A DNA stretch of 64,000 bases from Balanoglossus misakiensis. Lineage: Eukaryota > Animalia > Hemichordata. The notes below the pieces were generated by a model. The model made no database searches. It was not told where the DNA came from and saw only the letters and a program-made list of their open reading frames with translations. The stretch's first letter is position 1. Each line of letters opens with the position of its first letter. The position numbers were made by a program, and so were the translations under genes. The stretch lies in NCBI GenBank assembly GCA_040954595.2, contig CM082577.2, positions 18,574,303 to 18,638,302 of the forward strand, given 5' to 3'. Positions 59,901 through 64,000 of this stretch are shown in pieces.

Positions 59901-62900
59901 TTGGAGGGTTGGGGCTAAAATTGAAGGGGCAAAATTGGGGATCACCTGTGACACCTGCCTACCTCATTAATTATGTGCATACCTAATTCTAGGCTAACCA
60001 ATAGGGCTATAGGTTTGGTTTTTGTTGAACATGGACCAGTATAGGGTCAAAATTTCTTGCCCAAATTTTGCATGAACTCAGGTGACCTTTGACCTACTTT
60101 ACCATATCTTGGCATCCAGAGCAGATATGCTTATTGCTATGTTGCTATGTGCTATGTCGGCTTGGGCCCGCTATTGCTGCTTGCAGCTATATTTCTTCTA
60201 CTTCTTCTTTTTCTTCTTCTGTCGTTTCTTTGGAGAGGTAGATCTGGAAAACTGCTAAACCTACCAATTTCAAACTTGGCACAATGGTGCAGGCCAATGA
60301 GAGCTGGTGCAGTAACCTCGTGAATGTTTAATTAGTCACGTGACCTGAATACCATATATGGGCAAAATTTTCAAATCGGCCTTATTTGCATATGAATGGA
60401 GATATCAAAATTCTTTTAGCAACTTTTGCGGACCATGTGGTCAGTGTACTACATGCCAAATGTCAAGGACATTGGCCATGCCAATTTTGAGAAGAAGATT
60501 TTTAAGTATTATTTTTCATATTTTTCGCCCAAGCCATCGGCCTATACTATACATAGTAAAGCTATGACCACATATTATTTTGGATAAATATGCATACATA
60601 TCTCAAAATCTGTTAGGCCAATCATCTCTAACTTTGGTGTGCAGCTAGACTAGCATTTGTCAATAATTTTAAGCGAAAAAAAATAATATGAAAAATCGAC
60701 GGATTTTTTTATATTAATTTTTTTAATAAATTTATACCTTTACTTATACCTCTATGTCCATGTCTTATTGTGAAATTCTGGTCTGTGCAATAGTCCTGTA
60801 CAGTGACTGTCTATTGGTCAGTGAGCACAATGGCACCAAAATAAAAGGCACAATTTTAGGCTCACCTGTAACACCTGCTTAACTCGTTAATTATGTGCAT
60901 ACCTAATTCTGGGCTAACTAAGAAGGCTAGAGGTTTCGTTCTTGTTACACATGGACCAGTATAGGGTCAAAATTTCTTGCCCAAATTATGGGTGACCTCA
61001 GGTGACCTTTGACCTACTTTCCTATATCTCGGCAACCAGAGCAGGTACAGACTTGGCGTTTGGAGGGTTGGGACTAAAATTGAAAAGCCAAAATGGGGGT
61101 CACCTGTGACACCTGCATATCTCATTAATTATGTGCATACCTAATTCCAGGCTAACCAATAGGGCTATAGGTTTGGTTTTTGTTGAACATGGACCAGTAT
61201 AGGGTCAAAATTTCTTGCCCAAATTTTGTATGACCTCAGGTGACCTTTGACCTACTTTACCATATCTTGGCATCCAGAGCAGGTACCAACTTGGCGTTTG
61301 GAGGGTTGGGACTAAAATTGAAAAGGCAAAATTGGGGGTCACCTGTGACACCTGCCTACCTCATTAATTATGTGCATACCTAATTCCAGGCTAACCAATA
61401 GGGCTATAGGTTTGGTTTTTGTTGAACATGGACCAGTTAAGGGTAAAAATTTCTTGCCCAAATTTTGCATTACTCAGGTGACCTTTGACCTAATTTACCA
61501 TATCTTGGCATCCAGAGCAGATATGCTTATTGCTATGTTGCTATGTGTTATGTTGGCTTGGGCCCGCTATTGCTGCTTGCAGCTATATTTTCTTCTACTT
61601 CTTCTTCTTCTTCTGTCGTTTTCTTTGGTGAGGTAGATCTGGAAAACTGCTAAACCTACCAATTTCAAACTTGGCACATTGGTGCAGGCCAATGAGAGCT
61701 AGTGCAGTACCCTTGTGAATGTTTAATTAGTCACGTGACCTGATGACCATATATGGGCAAAATTTTGAAATCAGCCTTATTTGCATATGAATGGAGATAT
61801 CAAAATTCTTTTAGCAACTTTTGCGGACCATGTGGTCAGTGTCCTACATGCCAAATGTCAAGGCCATTGGCCATGCCAATTTTGAGAAGAAGATTTTTAA
61901 GTATTATTTTTCATATTTTTTCACCAAGCCATGGGCCTATACTTTCCATAGTAAAGCTATGACCACATATTATTTTGGATAAATATGCATACATATCTCA
62001 AAATCTGTTAGGCCAATCATCTCCAACTTTGGTGTGCAGCTAGCCTAGCATATGTCAATAATTTTAAGCGAAAAAAAATAATATGAAAAATCGACCGATT
62101 TTTTTATATTATTTTTTTTATTAAATTTATACCTTTACTTATACCTCTATGGTTAAGCTATGTCCATGTCTTATTGTGGAATTCTGGTCTGTGCAATAGT
62201 CCTGTACAGTGACTGTCTATTGGTCAGTGAGCACAATGGCACCAAAATAAAAGGCACAATTTTAGGCTCACCTGTAACACCTGCTTAACTCATTAATTAT
62301 GTGCATACCTAATTCTGGGCTAACTAAGAGGGCTAGAGGTTTCGTTCTTGTGGGACATGGACCAGTATAGGGTCAAAAATTTTTGCCCAAATTTTGGGTG
62401 ACCTCAGGTGACCTTTGACCTACTTTCCTATATCTCGGCATCCAGAGTAGGTACAGACTTGGCGTTTGGAGGGTTGGGACTAAAATTGAAAAGCCAAAAT
62501 GAAGGTCACCTGTGACACCTGCATATCTCATTAATTATGTGCATACCTAATTCCAGACTAACCAATAGGGCTATAGGTTTGGTTTTTGTTGAACATGGAC
62601 CAGTATAGGGTGAAAATTTCTTGCCCAAATTTTGTATGACCTCAGGTGACCTTTGACCTACTTTACCATATCTTGGCATCCAGAGCAGGTACCAACTTGG
62701 CGTTTGGAGGGTTGGGACTAAAATTGAAAAGGCAAAATTGGGGGTCACCTGTGACACCTGCCTACCTCATTAATTATGTGCATACCTAATTCCAGGCTAA
62801 CCAATAGGGCTATAGGTTTGGTTTTTGTTGAACATGGACCAGTTAAGGGTAAAAATTTCTTGCCCAAATTTTGCATGAACTCAGGTGACCTTTGACCTAA

Positions 62901-64000
62901 TTTACCATATCTTGGCATCCAGAGCAGATATGCTTATTGCTATGTTGCTATGTGTTATGTTGGCTTGGGCCCGCTATTGCTGCTTGCAGCTATATTCTTC
63001 TACTTCTTCTTCTTCTGTCATTTTTTTTGTCAGCTAGATCTGGAAAACGGCTAAACCTACCCATTTCAAACTTGGCACAATGGTGCAGGCCAATGAGAGC
63101 TAGTGCAGTACCCTTGTGAATGTTTAATTAGTCACGTGACCTGATGACCATATATGGGCAAAATTTTCTAATCGGCCTTATTTGCATATGAATGGAGATA
63201 TCAAAATTCTTTTAGCAACTTTTGTGGACCATATGGCCAGGGTTTTACATGCCAAATATCAAGGCCATAGGCCATGTCAATTTTGAGAAGAAGATTTTTA
63301 AGTATTATTTTTCATATTTTTCGCCCAAGTCATGGGCCTATACTTTACATAGTACAGCTATGGCCACATATTATTTTGGATAAATATGCATACATATCTC
63401 AAAATCTGTTAGGCCGATCATCTCCAACTTTGGTGTGCAGCTAGCCTACCATTTGTCAATAATTTTAAGCGAAAAAAAATAATATGAAAAATCGACCGAT
63501 TTTTTTATATTAATTTTTTTATTAAATTTATACCTTTACTTATACCTCTAAGGTTAAGCTATGTCCATGTCTTATTGTGGAATTCTGGTCTGTGCAATAG
63601 TCCTGTACAGTGACTGTCTATTGGTCAGTGAGCACAATGGCACCAAAATCAAAGGCACAATTTAAGGCTCACCTGTAACACCTGCTTAACTCATTAATTA
63701 TGTGCATACCTAATTTTGGACTAACTAAGAGGGCTAGAGGTTTCGTTCTTGTGGGACATGGACCAGTATAGGGTCAAAATTTCTTGCCCAAATTTTGGGT
63801 GACCTCAGGTGACCTTTGACTTACTTTCCTATATCTCGGCATCCAGAGCAGGCACACACTTGGCGTTTGGAGGGTTGGGACTAAAATTGAAAAGCCACAT
63901 TTTGGGGTCACCTGTGACACCTGCTTAACTCATTAACTATGTGCATACCTAATTCCGCGCTAACCAATAGGGCTAGAGGTTTGTTTTTGTTGAACATGGA
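56917..64000 (+). mobile_element. HINE family C array: four stacked heads, four complete bodies and a fifth running off the edge
   Basis: Heads TAGGGCCCAAGCCCAGCAGGCTTGGGCCCTATTG at ~56917, 56968, 57018 and 57067; tails ending at ~58780, 60191, 61587 and 62994, each preceded by (CTATGTG)n-like repeats. Confidence 0.9.

Noticed and set aside
41163-63119. Recurrent 60-140 aa ORFs (MQISDLRNYKS.., MALHFGP.., MDINRH.., MGKIFKS..)
   Set aside because: Chance frames in repeated non-coding HINE sequence, broken by indels in sister copies and with no recognisable domain.

Overview
Eukaryotic (animal-like; organism not determinable from the sequence) window made almost entirely of nested transposable elements, with no recognisable host gene. 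The core is a large Helentron/Helitron2 rolling-circle element (5751-26504, probably continuing left of the window). It carries a minus-strand Rep gene fused to two deubiquitinase-type domains, and a divergently oriented three-exon RPA/OB-fold gene that the ORF track shows only in pieces. A BEL/Pao LTR retrotransposon interrupts Rep. Its 5' LTR contains a two-deep nest of non-autonomous Helentron derivatives (HINEs), and one HINE head contains an Academ-like MITE. An intact CR1-type LINE and a TA-flanked DNA element sit in the RPA-like introns. From 26505 to the end, the window is a ~37 kb array of HINE families sharing the Helentron terminus. Their hairpin 'heads' are stacked ahead of headless bodies, suggesting repeated self-insertion; CACTA-like, Crypton-like and DINE-1-like elements are inserted in the array. 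The Helentron body is strongly C/A-rich and G-poor on the + strand regardless of coding strand. All calls are by eye; no database searches were run.
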